Source: Callorhinchus milii
Taxonomy: Eukaryota
NCBI RefSeq assembly: GCF_018977255.1
Contig: NW_024704743.1
Location: forward strand, 105,216,001 to 105,280,000
Direction of reading: 5' to 3'
Length of the DNA: 64,000 bases
This document shows, in pieces, positions 50,767-63,659 of this stretch. Numbering within the stretch: position 1 is the first letter of the stretch; every line of letters begins with the position of its first letter. The translations under genes and the position numbers were made by a program. Under the pieces are notes generated by a model. That model was not told the origin of the DNA, did no database searches, and worked only from the letters and a program-made list of their open reading frames with translations.

Positions 50767-51022
50767 CAGGGGTCTTCAACTGGTCCATCAACACTATGCA
50801 GCATCTCGTGCATGCTCAATAAAAACAAGAGGAAGGAGCGATATATCCCACAGTGAACAAAAACATTTATTTTTATTTCCAGAAGCATGAAAGACTTTGT
50901 GTACCTTGTTTAGTTTTCAATTGTATTAAATAATTACTCAGTTCTATCACTGCTTCCTCTTATCTTTTTGATCATGCGTGAGAGCACCCACCTAGTGGTG
51001 ATCGACCTGATGAAGACCTCTG
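50767..51022. mobile_element. hAT (Charlie-like) non-autonomous DNA transposon (MITE) inserted in an old DeuSINE
   Basis: Left TIR caggggtcttcaactggtccatcaacacta; reverse complement of the right TIR cagaggtcttcatcaggtcgatcaccacta. The 8-bp flanks tcttagac and gtttggac look like a decayed TSD. The host SINE resumes on both sides. Confidence 0.8.
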
Positions 51023-53221
51023 GTTTGGACTATGAGTTCAAGCTTCGATGTGGGGCTTGAACCCACAACCTTCTGACTCGGAGATGAGAATGCTACCTCT
51101 GAGCCAAGCTGGCAAATGATTTTAGCTACCATTTCACAGTACGTTGATTTAGTTAAGATATGCTCTAAAGCATTACTGAAATGTCCCAATCCAAATCACA
51201 AAAATGCATTGATGGCTACTTAACAGCCTATACCTTGATTACAGTCTGCAGGGACCAACTTTTTTGGAGCTCATCTACCTAAGTTGTCTTGTTCTTTAGG
51301 CTTTGCTGCAGTGATTCACAGAATAACGTTTCTGAATTATTGAATTATCACTGAACATAACCAGGAGTGGAATGTCCCATGATATGATTATCGCTGGTGT
51401 GACTGCTCCATCCTACACTTAGGTAAGCAGGAGGCATCCCTCCGGGGAGAGAGTGTGTATTCCATTCCAACAATCTATCTCTGGGATTTCCATGTGTAGG
51501 TGAGCTGCATGGATTAGTTTGGATGCATTAGTTTGGTTTGGATACTCTTAAACGTAGTGATGGGTTTCTGCATGTGTTAGACACCCGGCTGGCCAAAAAA
51601 AAATCACTGGTGCTATTCATAGGACCTTAAGACGTAGGAGCAGGAGTAGGCCTTTCGGCCCCTCGAGCCTGCCCGGCCATTTAATAAGATCATGGCTGAT
51701 CTTCTAACCTAATTCCATTTACCCGCCCTATCCCCATAACCCTTAATCCCTCTATCCTTTAGATTAAAGGGGCTTGAACCCACAACCATCTCATTACACA
51801 CCGTATTTTTCAGAACATAGTCACGACATTAGACAATAGTTACTTGTGAAGCACTGTGAGACATTTTGACATGACCAGGCTCTATGAAAACATAAGTTTT
51901 ATTTTGAACTGGTTCATGGAGTTACAAGTGCTATTGGGAATGATCCTCGAAAATCTCAGTGGAAATGTAGTGTGAGGTATTTAAGCAGCCCTACCTTTAA
52001 AGGAGAAAGCAAAGCTAGTGCACTGCACACTAAACACTATAACCTGTAGCTACACTCCATGGCAGGCATCAGAGCCTCTTCAAATTGTTGTCATTTAGCA
52101 AAAAGAATGAACTATGTATATGTGCACCATTGCTGACCCAGGCTATTATCTTTTACATTTAACTTTATTGCACGCACATAAACCTGGCACGGACTCTTGT
52201 GCCTCAGGAGAACCCAGCTGTACTGAAGGGCTTTGGTGCATTCCTATTTACTCCTGAGCCTGCAAGGATATGATTTATAAACCGAATCTTGCAGGATTAG
52301 TCATCTTGCTTTGCATATGTTCAGATAGTGGAGTTGCGTTTGGATTAAAAATATTACAAAATATTGCTTAGGGAAAAGGAGTGGTATAGTTAAAATGATT
52401 AAAACCAAATGTAATATAACACTGAAGTTCACATTCAATAATTCTCCACCAGTTTGACACAATTCCATACATAAATTCCATACACAATTCCTGCAAAAAT
52501 GGGTTGAATGATTTTCCAAAAGGACAGTTTTGGCGTGGACAAGACAGACTGCTGAGAATTCAGAAATGGTGGCAGCAGGGTTATTTTGAACAGGAAGAAA
52601 AAGTCTGTTGAATATTGCAGTAATGAGTGCAATACCAGAGATTACCTAATTTGTCTCCACATTTAAGAGATCTACGAATTATGTCAAATTTCAAGTCCCC
52701 ACAGCAGAACTTGAACTCACTGTATACAGAAGGGAGTGTTTCCCAATGTCTTGCCCTTATCTTCCAGAGGAATTGGGTAATATGTCATGGTTTAGAATCA
52801 TTCTGTGCACAAAACAGTCCTGTATTTGCCTATAGATGCATGGTCAATGCATTTGTTAGCAGTTCTTTGGGAAGCTTTTCAACATTATAGGCACTATATT
52901 AATTATCTGGATTATTAAAATTAATAAACCTTTATTTGGTGTAGTGCCTTACCACGTCATCATCATCTCAAACCTTCACAGGATTTATTGTAAAGTGCAG
53001 TAACTGTATTTTGTAAGTAAACATGGTAACCAATATGCACACAGCAGTGTCCTACAAACAGCCATGAAGTGAATTATATAATGCACATATAAAATAGAAA
53101 GAAACCAAACAGCATTTGCTTCGTGCAGATCTAAAAAAAACAAGGGCTGGGTAGATGGGAAGACATTGAGAGTGCAAATAAAAGAAAAAACAGAAGAGTG
53201 GGGTGAAAAATGCATCTTATG

Positions 53222-53530
53222 ATAATAATTCCTTCAAAAAAATCATAATAATAAATTGGTCATTTCAATCCATGACTGTTTGTAGGAACCCGGTTGTTAG
53301 ACGATTGGCAGATTGCTTTTCTGGGGATAATTATTTCTTCAAAAACAATATCAGTGGCTTCAATCCACGACTATTTGTGGGATACTGCTTTGCGCAATTG
53401 CCTGCCGCGTTTCGCCCACAAAATATACAGTCAATTCACTTTACAGTACTTTCTGTGAAGCGCTGTGAGACGTCTCGAACACGTGATAAGGTGCTATATC
53501 AAATGCAAGGATTATTATTTATTATTATAA
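53222..53530 (+). mobile_element. Headless Deu-type SINE with internal duplication
   Basis: The SINE middle segment occurs twice, followed by the core and a (TTA)n tail. Confidence 0.75.
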
Positions 53531-53735
53531 TTGCTGGTGATCATCATATTATTGCAATACAAACCTGAGTGTAAAATAAACAGGAGGGAATGTAAGAATA
53601 ATTGAGAATTTTAAAAGGGCACCTAACCTGGTTACAATAATGCAAGCCAGAATTGAAAACAATAGTCCAAATACGTTGGCTGAAAAATATTACAATACTG
53701 GTTATTGGTTTATGGACAATGAAAATCTAACAAAT

Positions 53736-54052
53736 TAATAATAATAATAATAATCCTTGCATTTGATATAGCGCTTTTCACGTCCTCTAGACGTCCCAAA
53801 GTGCTTCACAGAATATACTGTAAAGTGAATTGACTGTATATTTGTGGGCGAACCCGGCAGCCAATTGCGCACAGCAGTGTCCCACAAACAGTCGTAGATT
53901 GAAAATGACCAATTTATTATTGTTTTTTGTTTTGGAGGGATTATTATTAGGCGTGTGGAGTAAAGAAACTTGCCCAAGGTTTCGCCCTGCCTGGAATTGA
54001 GCCCAGGTCTCTCGCTTGCAAAGTGCGTGCTCTAACCACTGAGCTACAGAAC
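53736..54052 (-). mobile_element. Deu-type tRNA SINE (short subfamily), full length
   Basis: Highly similar to 741-1047 and 13285-13615. Confidence 0.9.
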
Positions 54053-54779
54053 TTCAATCCCTGGAGCTGTGCCCAATTTACTCACCTCCTCAAATTTCCT
54101 TTCTGGCCACATTGAAAGCCAAAACATTTGGATGGGGTTCTTGGCATAATTTGAGTCATTGAGCAATATTTTACTCAAATATTCTGATAGAATATTCCCT
54201 TACCTCATTAGGGTCAGCTTTAGTATCAAGTATCGCATGCAGAGAATACCCTGTGGAACAATGAAATCTGGGAATAATCTGTTTCAGATTACACTCTGTC
54301 TTCAGATGCACACTCAATGTATTCACCCTGCCTATATGCTCATTGATTATAAAGCAGTTTCAGTTGATTTCTATTTTGTAATTTTCACATTTTGTCTCTG
54401 ATTTATATCAATTGTTTTCTCATTGAACTTGTAAAATTAGTTAACTCACCAGACAGGCGTACAGTTTCTTGAAGCATAGAGGCTGAGATATGTGCAATAA
54501 TCAAGCAATAAACATTCATCTATTGAAAGCCGTGGGCTTTTCCTTAGAGTTTCTTCCCACATGGCTATGAGACTCATAATGCATCTGAGATTACAAACTG
54601 AGTCAATACCTGAGCCAGACAGATCTCCACTTCTACACAGTACTGTGGATGATTAGCCAGCTTGACTGACTATTATTGGGACCTGAAACAGTAAATGTGG
54701 AACTGTATTCCTCTCATTCAGCTCCTGAATCCATACAAGCCAGTATACCATGGGTAATACAAAATAATACAATTTAATA

Positions 54780-55500
54780 CCAAATTACACTTGTATAGCG
54801 CTTTTCACATCGGGAGAACGTCCCAAGGCACTGGACAATCAGGATTTGGACCCAAGCAGGGGAGTTGGACTCAGGGAATGTGGAGGGCAGGGAGGGTGCC
54901 CGAAGACGTGGTCGAAGAGGAGGATCATGACGTGCCTTGAAGGAGGCAAGGGAGGGAGCAAGGTGAAGGGAATGTTGGATGGAGTTCCAAATGGTGGTGG
55001 AAGAGAGGCTTAAGGCCCAACCGCTGATGGTGGGCCGGCCCGGGCAGGGGACGTGGAGCATGCCACAGCCTGCTGAGCAGACGGAGCGGACAGGTTGATA
55101 TGAGGTCAGCAGATCACAGAGGTAGGGATGCACAAGGCTGAGGAGGGCCTTGAAGGCGAGGACAAGGATTTTGAACTCTATCTCTGGGAGGTGGGAAGCC
55201 AGTGGAGCCAGGCGAGATGGGGTCATGGAGCCTGGTGCGGGAAAAGGCTCAAGACCATTTTGGAGGGAAAAGTTGGGAAGGCCGACAAGCAGGGAGTTGG
55301 TATAGTTGAGCCTAGATTTGATGGATCTGTGGATGAGACTTTCGGCAACCTAAGGGGTGAGGCAGTGGCAGAACCGAGCGTTGTTGCAGCGGTAGAGGAA
55401 GGCAGAGCAGGTATGGCATGGATGTAGGTTAGAAAGGACAGTTGAGGGTCAAACAAGATGAAAAGGGTCCAGCATGGCTCAGTGAGGTGGAGCGTGCATC
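54780..55500 (-). mobile_element. L2 3' fragment
   Basis: QGCTLHLTEP...ILFDPQLSFL, IEFKILVLAFKAL and an L2 tail. Confidence 0.85.
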
Positions 55501-56047
55501 CTTGGTTTTCTTTGACGGTGTAACAAGGGAACTTGATAAGGATAAGGCTGTGGATGCTGTATATCTGGATTTCAATAAAGCCTTTGGAGTTCGTCTTGAG
55601 CGGCTGGTACTGAAAGTAAAGAAAGCATGAATCAGTGGAAGTATAACAGCAGCAGCAACAACTTGCACGTATATGGCCGCCTCCATGCATGGTAGCGTCT
55701 CAGAACGCTTAACAGTGGCAGAGGCTGACTCCACCACTGTTATATTACAACAACTACAAAATTACATTTGTAAAGTGCCTTTCAATGGATATGTAACTGG
55801 TTGACTTGAAGAACCTAGAGGGTGGTGAATGTCATCAGACTGGGAAAATGTTACAAGTGGAGTTCCACAAGGGTTTTGAGACCTCTTTCATTTAATATTT
55901 TTATAAATGATCTGGAACTAAGAATTGCAAGCATAATTGCTAAATTTGCAGATGACACCAAGCTAATAAATGGTAGATTGCAAAGCTGAACAAGATAGGT
56001 TACAGGAGGTTTTGAACATACTTGGGAATTGGGCAGACCGATGGTAG
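55500..56047 (+). mobile_element. Old CR1 RT fragment, interrupted
   Basis: FFDGVTRELDKDKAVDAVYLDFNKAF, later acaagtggagttccacaagg and KFADDTKL. Confidence 0.78.
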
Positions 56048-56380
56048 ATAATATAATAATAATAATAATAATAATCCTTACATTTGATATAGCGCTTTTC
56101 ACGTCGGGAGGACGTCCCAAAGCGCTTCACAGAATATACTGTAAAGTGAATTGACTGTATATTTGTGGGCGAAACGCGGCAGCCAATTGCGCACAGCAAT
56201 GTCCCACAAACAGTCATGGATTGAAAATGACCAATTTATTATTGTTTTTGGTTTTGGAGGGATTATTATTAGGTGTGTGGAGTAAGGAAACTTGCCCAAG
56301 GTTTCGCCCTCTGCCTGGAAATGAACTCAGGTCTCTCGCTTGCAAAGCGAGTGCTCTAACCACTGAGCCACAGGACTCCA
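56048..56380 (-). mobile_element. Deu-type tRNA SINE (short subfamily, L2-matched tail), full length
   Basis: Near-identical to 13285-13615. Confidence 0.92.
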
Positions 56381-56640
56381 CTTTGATAGATAAAGTTCAA
56401 CATGGAGAAAAGTACTTCACGTGGGGACCAAAAAATCCAGGGAGGGACCATTATTTGAAAGGAAGGAAAACAGTATGTATGGAAAATAAAAAGGAGTTTG
56501 GAATGCCGCACAAGAAGTTGTGGGGGCTAGAAGAGAAGCCGTTTGTGGAGACAAAGTGGAGACGGTGTGCGAGGTAAGATCTGAACCACTCAAGGCCAGA
56601 ACCGTGAAGATTGAGATGAGAGGAGAGAACGGTGTCATTC

Positions 56641-57160
56641 ATAGAATCATACTGCACAGATGGAGGCCATTCGGCCCATCCTGTCTGTGCCAGCACTTTG
56701 AAAAGAGCTATCCAAATCAATCCCATGCCCCCATTCTCTCCCCATAGCCCTGCATAGCTCTACTACTCTCTTAAAAATTGTTATCCAATTGGCTTCCACC
56801 ACTCTTTCAGGCAAATCATTCCAGATCCAAACAACGCGCTGTGTGAAAAAATTTCTCCTCACCTCCCCTCTATTTCTTTTAACAACCATTTTAAATCGGT
56901 GTCCTCCAGTTACCAACCCACCCGCCAGTGAAAATAGTTTCTCCTTGTTCACTCTATCGAATCCCCTCATAATTTTGAAAACTTCTTTTAAGTGTACTCT
57001 TAACCTCCTCTGCTCCAAGGAGAATAATCCTAGCTTCTCTCATGTCTCTTGATAACTGAAGTCCCTCATTCCTGGTACCATTCTAGTAAATCTCCTTTGC
57101 GCTCTATCCAATGTTTTGATATCCTTCCTAAAGTGTGGTACCCAGAACTAAACACAGTAC
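56641..57160 (-). mobile_element. CR1 3' fragment (same subfamily as 1048-1865)
   Basis: MRGFDRVNKEKLFSLAGG...FFTQRVVWIWN, followed by the CR1 tail. Confidence 0.88.
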
Positions 57161-59129
57161 ACAGTTTTTTGTACTTGTATGTCTAGGCATTTTTATCCCA
57201 CATTTTGTTCAGTTAAGTGGCTTGAGTGTTTAGTTCAGAACCGTTTAGTTCAGAGTGTTTAGAAACAAAACTTTACTTCTGTGAGTACTCAGTAGCTGGA
57301 ATTGGGGACCCTTGAACACTTTAGCACATGTCAGATGCCAGGCACACAAAAACAAAACAAAATTGTCGATTTGATCCTCAAACATCTGAAAATGTCATAC
57401 CATAAATTGGAATTTTGCAAAAATTGGTGACTCACAACTTCTCCAAGGTAACTATCATTCAATTTTTCCATCTCATCCATTGTTACTTTCAGCTTTATGA
57501 ACTGCTTTGGAGCCTTTTTGGAGCTTTTTTGTTTGTTGGCTTTGATTTTGTAAAGTACGTTACAGCCTTCTGCGATATAAGTCTTCTGATTTTACTTTTG
57601 AAAATCAAATCTCTGATAAGTTGCTTTCCATTTCCTCTCAATATTTCACTCTCTTCATACAGAGTATTGATTATCACATTCACCTGGAGGAAACAATTTC
57701 TCTCCTCTAACTCTATTGTTACCTATTATCATATTCACTGATCTATTTGCTCTTTTATTGCTGTTTCTGACAGATGCCATGATAGTTGGAATAACATCTA
57801 AACCCCATTGCCTTGAGCATAGACCATAAGTTTTTTTTTTAATTCATGCCATGGGATCTTTAAACAGGGAGATGGTACTTTAGTTTACCATTTCATTCCA
57901 GAGAACAGGACCTACAACCATGCAGCTCTTCATAATAATAATCCTTGCATTTGATCTCGCACTTTATCACGTGTTTGAAATGTCTCAAAACGCTTCACAT
58001 AATATATTGTGGTGTGGATAGACTGTATATTTTGTGGACGAAATGCAGCAGCCAATTGTGCACAGTGTGAGTCTCAATTCTAAGTAAGGACGCATACTGT
58101 GACAAATAGGATTATGGTTTCCATTTGTCACTTGGAAGCAACATCCTAACATCCTAAGCCACATCTCCTTTATCATCTGCAACAAATTATTTCTAGCCAC
58201 TTTATTCAACTGTATAATTTATTCAACAGTATAATGCTGTAAATCTATGTGAGGCTCTCTCAATGGTTCAGTAATTAAACAGCTGCGTGATTTGAGATTG
58301 AGCCATACAGATTAGAAATATTTTGAGTTCCAAATTCTGGCTAGTCTTAGACTTTATCCCCATGAAAGGTGCCATACAAAATGATAGTGGTTATAGTTAA
58401 GATTTAAAATTGCCCAGGATTGTAGAATTTTTTTAATTTCAGTATTATTTTTGAAGGTGTTTTTTTTTCATGTTTGGAAAACCAACTTCCAAATTAAAAT
58501 AAATTCAAGATTTTTCCACAATTTTAAGAAAACTGGTCTTTCAGGCGTAAAAGTGTAATATTGGGCCTCTGAGGCACAATGAATCAGTTGATCTCAGCAG
58601 GAGTAATGGTAGCTTTGCTACAATTGGCTTGGATATGTTTGGCCCGGTGAGAAAAACAGCTGCAGCTATTTGATTACCATAAAATGTACACATGGTTGAT
58701 GCTGCATGAGATCAGATTTAAACTTGACTGTGATGAGCTCCCATCGTCAAACATTCTGCCAAGTTTCATTGTGAAAGCTCATACGTATGATAAGTCAATC
58801 TCTTGGAGAATGCTTTTGAATAAAATAATACTAATGCTTGCATAATGTCACAGTATCTTATCTCTGGATGAGAATTACACATTCCTTCCAGTGCACTCTG
58901 AAAGAAGCCATCTTTCTCTTCTCAAATTACAATTAGGATACATGAGAGGGGTCTCACAAAATACAACCAACACTTTGCTTTTATTAATATATTTATTTAT
59001 TCAAATCCATATAATTCTATATATATATATTCCAGCATTCGGAGCAATCGTTGAAAAAATATCAAACACAATTTGTATATACTTTGATAATACTATATTA
59101 TTATGATAAGTACATAATTTTAATTTGAG

Positions 59130-61550
59130 CAGTCAGCCAGTCAGGAGCAGAAGCAGGAGAGAGATAAAAAAACAAGTGACCAGCGGGAAAATTAAAAAAA
59201 ATTCTGAAAGAGTAAACTAACAGCTGACACTAACTACTAACTAACAGTAAACTAACACTGACTACTAACTAATAGTAAACTAATACTAACTGCTAATTAA
59301 CAACACTAAAAATAAAAAAATTAAAAAAAAATTAATCAAGAATTTAACTTTTAAAAAATAACAATAATTAATTAAATAAAACTTTAATGCACAGTGGGGG
59401 TGGGAGAGCTGACAATGGCGTGGCAGGTGTTGTGTGAGGACTAACATGTGGGAGTTGCTGGAGGAGAATCTAAAACATGAGGGCGAAGATCCATTGATGG
59501 TACTTCACATAGGTACCAATGACATAGGTAGGGTTAGTTGTGATGATTTGAGGAGGGAGTTCAGGGAGCTGGGAACTAAATTAAAACAAAGAACATCAAA
59601 GGTAGTGATATCAGGATTGCTGTCTTTGACATGTGCAAATTGGCACAGGAATAAGCAAATTAGAGAGTTAAATGCATGGCTGTGAGAGTGGTGCGGAACG
59701 CAGGGGTTTCATTTTATGGGCCACTGGCACCATTATTGGGGGAAAAGGCGTCTATTTCAAAAAGATGGGCTCCACTTAAATCGGGCTGGGACAAATGTCC
59801 TAGCAAACCGAATACACAGGGAGCTAAATAAAGCTTTAAACTAGTAAAGGGGCGGAGGGGGGATATGATTAGAAATAATCGCAAGCCAGCAATATTAAGA
59901 AAACTAAAGGTGGCAGAACAGAATAGCGAGAGAGATAAACAGAATAGGTCAAAGAAGGGTAAGAAGCTCAATAAAGAAGATCGGGCATCAGAGATTAGGG
60001 GAATTGGTAAGAAAGTAAAATCGTTATATCTGAATGCACGAAGCATTCAGAATAAGATAGATGAATTAAAGGCACAGATAGATACAGACAGGTATGATCT
60101 AGTAGCCATTACTGAGACACGGTTACAGGCGGATCTAGAATAGGAGTTAAATATTCTGGGTTTTTCAGCTTATAGGAAGGATAGACAATGTGGAAAACAA
60201 GGTGGTGGAGGGTAGCCTTGTTAATAAAGGATGGAATAAAAACAGTAGAAAGGAAGGATTTCAAATTAGATAACCAGGATGTAGAGACGGTATGGGTAGA
60301 ATTACGAAATAACAAGGGGCAGAAAACATTAGTGGGAGTAGTTTATAGATCCCCAAACAGTGATTACAGCATAGTGCAGTGTATTAAACAAGAAATTAGA
60401 GCAGCATGTAGCAAAGATAATACAATAATAGTGGGTGATTTCAATCACAAGATTAGGGCCCATGGAATTAAGGGGAATATATTATCATGGATTGAAGAAT
60501 GGCTAACGGGAAGAAAACAACGTGTAGGGATAAACAAATCCTTCTCAGATTGGCGGGATGTGACTAGTGGAGTGCCACAAGGATCAGTGCTTGGGCCTCA
60601 ACTATTTACAATCTACACCAACGGTCTAGATGAGGACATCGAACTTAATATATCCAAATTCGCGGATGACACTAAACTAGGAGGGAGAGTAAACACCGAG
60701 GATGACATTAAAAAAATGCAACAAGATATAGATAGGCTAGGTGAGTGGGCAAATAGGTGGCAGATAAAGTATAATGTAGGGAAGTGTGAAGTCATTCACC
60801 TAGGTGGCAAAAACAGTAGAGCAGATTATTTTTTAGAAGGGGAGAGACTAGATAGTGTTAGCGTTCAGAGGGACTTGGGCGTCCTTGTGCACCAGTCACA
60901 AAAAGTTAGTTTGCAGAATAGCAAGCAATTAGGAAGGCGAATGGTATGTTAGCATTTGTTACAAAAGGGTTAGAATATAAGAGTAGGGAAGTCTTGCCTC
61001 AACTGTATAGGGCCCTGGTGAGACTGCACCTAGAGTATTGTGTGCAGTTTTGGTCTCCTTATTTAAGAAAGGATGTACTTGCCTTGGAGGGGGTACAACG
61101 TAGATTCACTAGGTTGGTACATGGGATAAGGGGGATGAGTTATGAGGATAGTTTGAGCAATTTAGGCCTATATTCTCTAGAATTAGAAGAATGAGAGGTG
61201 ATCTTATAGAAACCTATAAGATTATAAAGGGGCACGACAGAATAGATAGTGGGAGACTTTTTCCCCTGGTTGGAGAAACTATGACCAGGGGTCACAGTCT
61301 TAAAATTTGGGGTAAGCCCTTTTCACTCAGAGGGTAGTGAATTTATGGAATCTCTACCCCAAAGGGCTGTAGATGGTCAGTCCTTGAACATATTCAAGAC
61401 TGAGATTGATAGATTTCTTGTGGATAAAGGGATTAAGGGATATGGGGATAAGGTGAGTAGGTGGAGTTAAAATAGATCAGCCATGATCTTATTGAATGGT
61501 GAGGCAGGCTCGAGGGGCCGAATGGCCTACTCCTGCTCCTAATTCTTATG
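59130..61550 (+). mobile_element. CR1 LINE with apparent 5' UTR and 3' tail but two large internal deletions
   Basis: ORF1 esterase C-half HIGTNDIGR...DGLHLN. ORF2 YRSPNS...VGDFN is fused directly to HKIRAHG...[10 protein letters not shown]...KFADDTKL. The tail is ggcctactcctgctcct. Confidence 0.93.
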
Positions 61551-62459
61551 TCCATTTCCTCTCTTTTATACCTCAAATGTGTTCATGTGACTTTTTTATC
61601 CAATCAGTTCTCCGTATTTTGACAAACTCAACTCAGAATTGACTAAGAATTACCTCCTTCAATAAATCCTTCGTGCCTATTCACCCTATTTTGATTAACT
61701 CTTAACTACCTCACAATATGATACAATATGCCTTATGTTAAAATACCAAAAGTGCTGAACAGAGTGTGTATGCTGAGTGTAGTTGAGACAGGCACATGCT
61801 GTATGGCCTGAATAGCATTCCCATTCCCACCTGTTCGGGGTACATTGACCCAATGGGCTGGAAGATTTCAGGGAGGTCCCCACTGAAAAATATTAGGTCA
61901 ATGTGAATTCAGACACTATCAACAACAACAGAAGCAACAACTTGCACTTATACAGCGCCATCTACGCAGGGTCTCAGAGCGCTTAACAGGGACGGAGCCT
62001 AACTCCGAGCTGGGGGGAGGGGGGAGGTGGCCGGAAGCATGGTGGTAGAGGAAAGTTTTCAGAAGGGACTTGAAATAGGGAAACTATCCCCTGAATAAGC
62101 TAAAAAAGCTATTTTCAGAGCTCACCAATGATCCCAATTGACTGGCAATCCAACATGGTGGCACCAATGGCTTTTCAGATGGGCTGGGATGTTATTCAGA
62201 GATTGAGAAGGGAAGATATTTTTAAACACATTTTATCAATCTTATCAAATTAACCCAGGTTTTCCAAACTTTTTAAATGAAAAACTTGCTTAAATTTGTG
62301 ACCAAAAGCCCTTGAGAAACTGGCCATGCTGATCCAGTCCATATGCTAGCTATTATTGCATGGAAGTTTTGATAGGAAATAGGATTGTAGATTGCCAATC
62401 CAAATCCTTTGAAACAGAATTACATTTACAGAATTACATTTACAGAATTACAGAATTAC

Positions 62460-63214
62460 AGTCTGTCAGGACAGCAGTGGTCCTGGGGTTGAGGGTGGAG
62501 GCAGAAAGATAAGAGTTGGGTATCATCCACATACATGTGGAAGTTGACTCCATGTCTGCGGATGATGTCACCAAGGCGGCAGAGAGGTCGAGGAGGACAA
62601 GGAGGCAGAGGGAGCCCTGATCACAGATGTTCAAAATGTCATTAGTGACTTTGACAGGGCTGTTTCCGTGCTGTGGGCAGCTCGGTAGCCGAATTGGAGG
62701 GGTTCAAAGAGGGAATGGCGAGAGAGAAAGGAGCGGAGCTGGGACATGACGACTCGTCCCAGGACCTTGGAGAGGAATGGGAGGTTAGAGGTGGGGTGGT
62801 AGCTGGAGAGGAGTGATGGGTCCCGGGAAGGTTTTTTGAGGATGGGGGTGATGACGGCTGTTTTTAGGGGGTTGGGAACTGAACCCATGGACAGGGAGAG
62901 ATTAATGACATCGGACAGGAGGGGACCAGAAAGTGGAGCTGGGAGATGAGGAGATGGATGGGGATCGGATCGAGGGAACAGGTGGTGAGTTTGAGTTTGC
63001 GAACAGTCGTTGTTAGGGCGGAGGGAGAGATAGGGTCGAAAGAGAATAGGGGGGGGATGGGTGGGGAGTGGGTCATGAGGGAGAGGTGATATGGGGGTGG
63101 CTGTGGATGGGGGTGAGGTGGCCTTCGACACTGTCGACCACTCCAACCTCATACACCGCCTCTCCTCTTTACTCAATCTTCATGGATCTGCCCTTGCCTG
63201 GTTCGATTCCTATC
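62460..63214 (-). mobile_element. Rearranged L2 RT fragment (minus 62460-63120 with internal deletion; plus-oriented piece 63121-63214)
   Basis: KTAVITPILKKPS...[10 protein letters not shown]. Its segments match 28640-29037. Confidence 0.88.
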
Positions 63215-63659
63215 CCCTCGATTTTAGAAACTGGCAGGAAAGCTGAAAGCAAACAGAAAGAAGGGGTAAAGTAATCGTAGAAGTGAGAGGAGAAATGGTG
63301 GTGGAGATGAGAAGAGAAGTGAAAGCAGAGGGAGGGAGGAAAAGGTGAAAGGAGAGAAAAGTGGGTCTGAGAAAGTGATAAGGAAAAGACAGAAAGAGGA
63401 GAAAAGGGAGAAAGTTCCTATGAAGCAAAGTGGGAAAACAGCAGAGAAGGATATAGTGAGGAGTGGAAATAAAATGGTGAGGGCTGAGATGATCATCGAA
63501 CCCAAAACTGCACGGAAAGCAGAAAAGCTGGGAAGGAGAACAGTGAAGGTGAAGCTGGGGTGGTGGAGAGGAGAGGAACACTCGGAGAAAGTGTCCTGGA
63601 GATCAATGAGAGCAGAGGGAAAAGCAGAAAGGAGAGAATCCCTACCAGAGAGCAGAAGG

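Noticed and set aside
59217..59310. Degenerate (ACTA/ACTAAC)n repeat
   Set aside because: It lies within the apparent CR1 5' UTR and is not an independent array.
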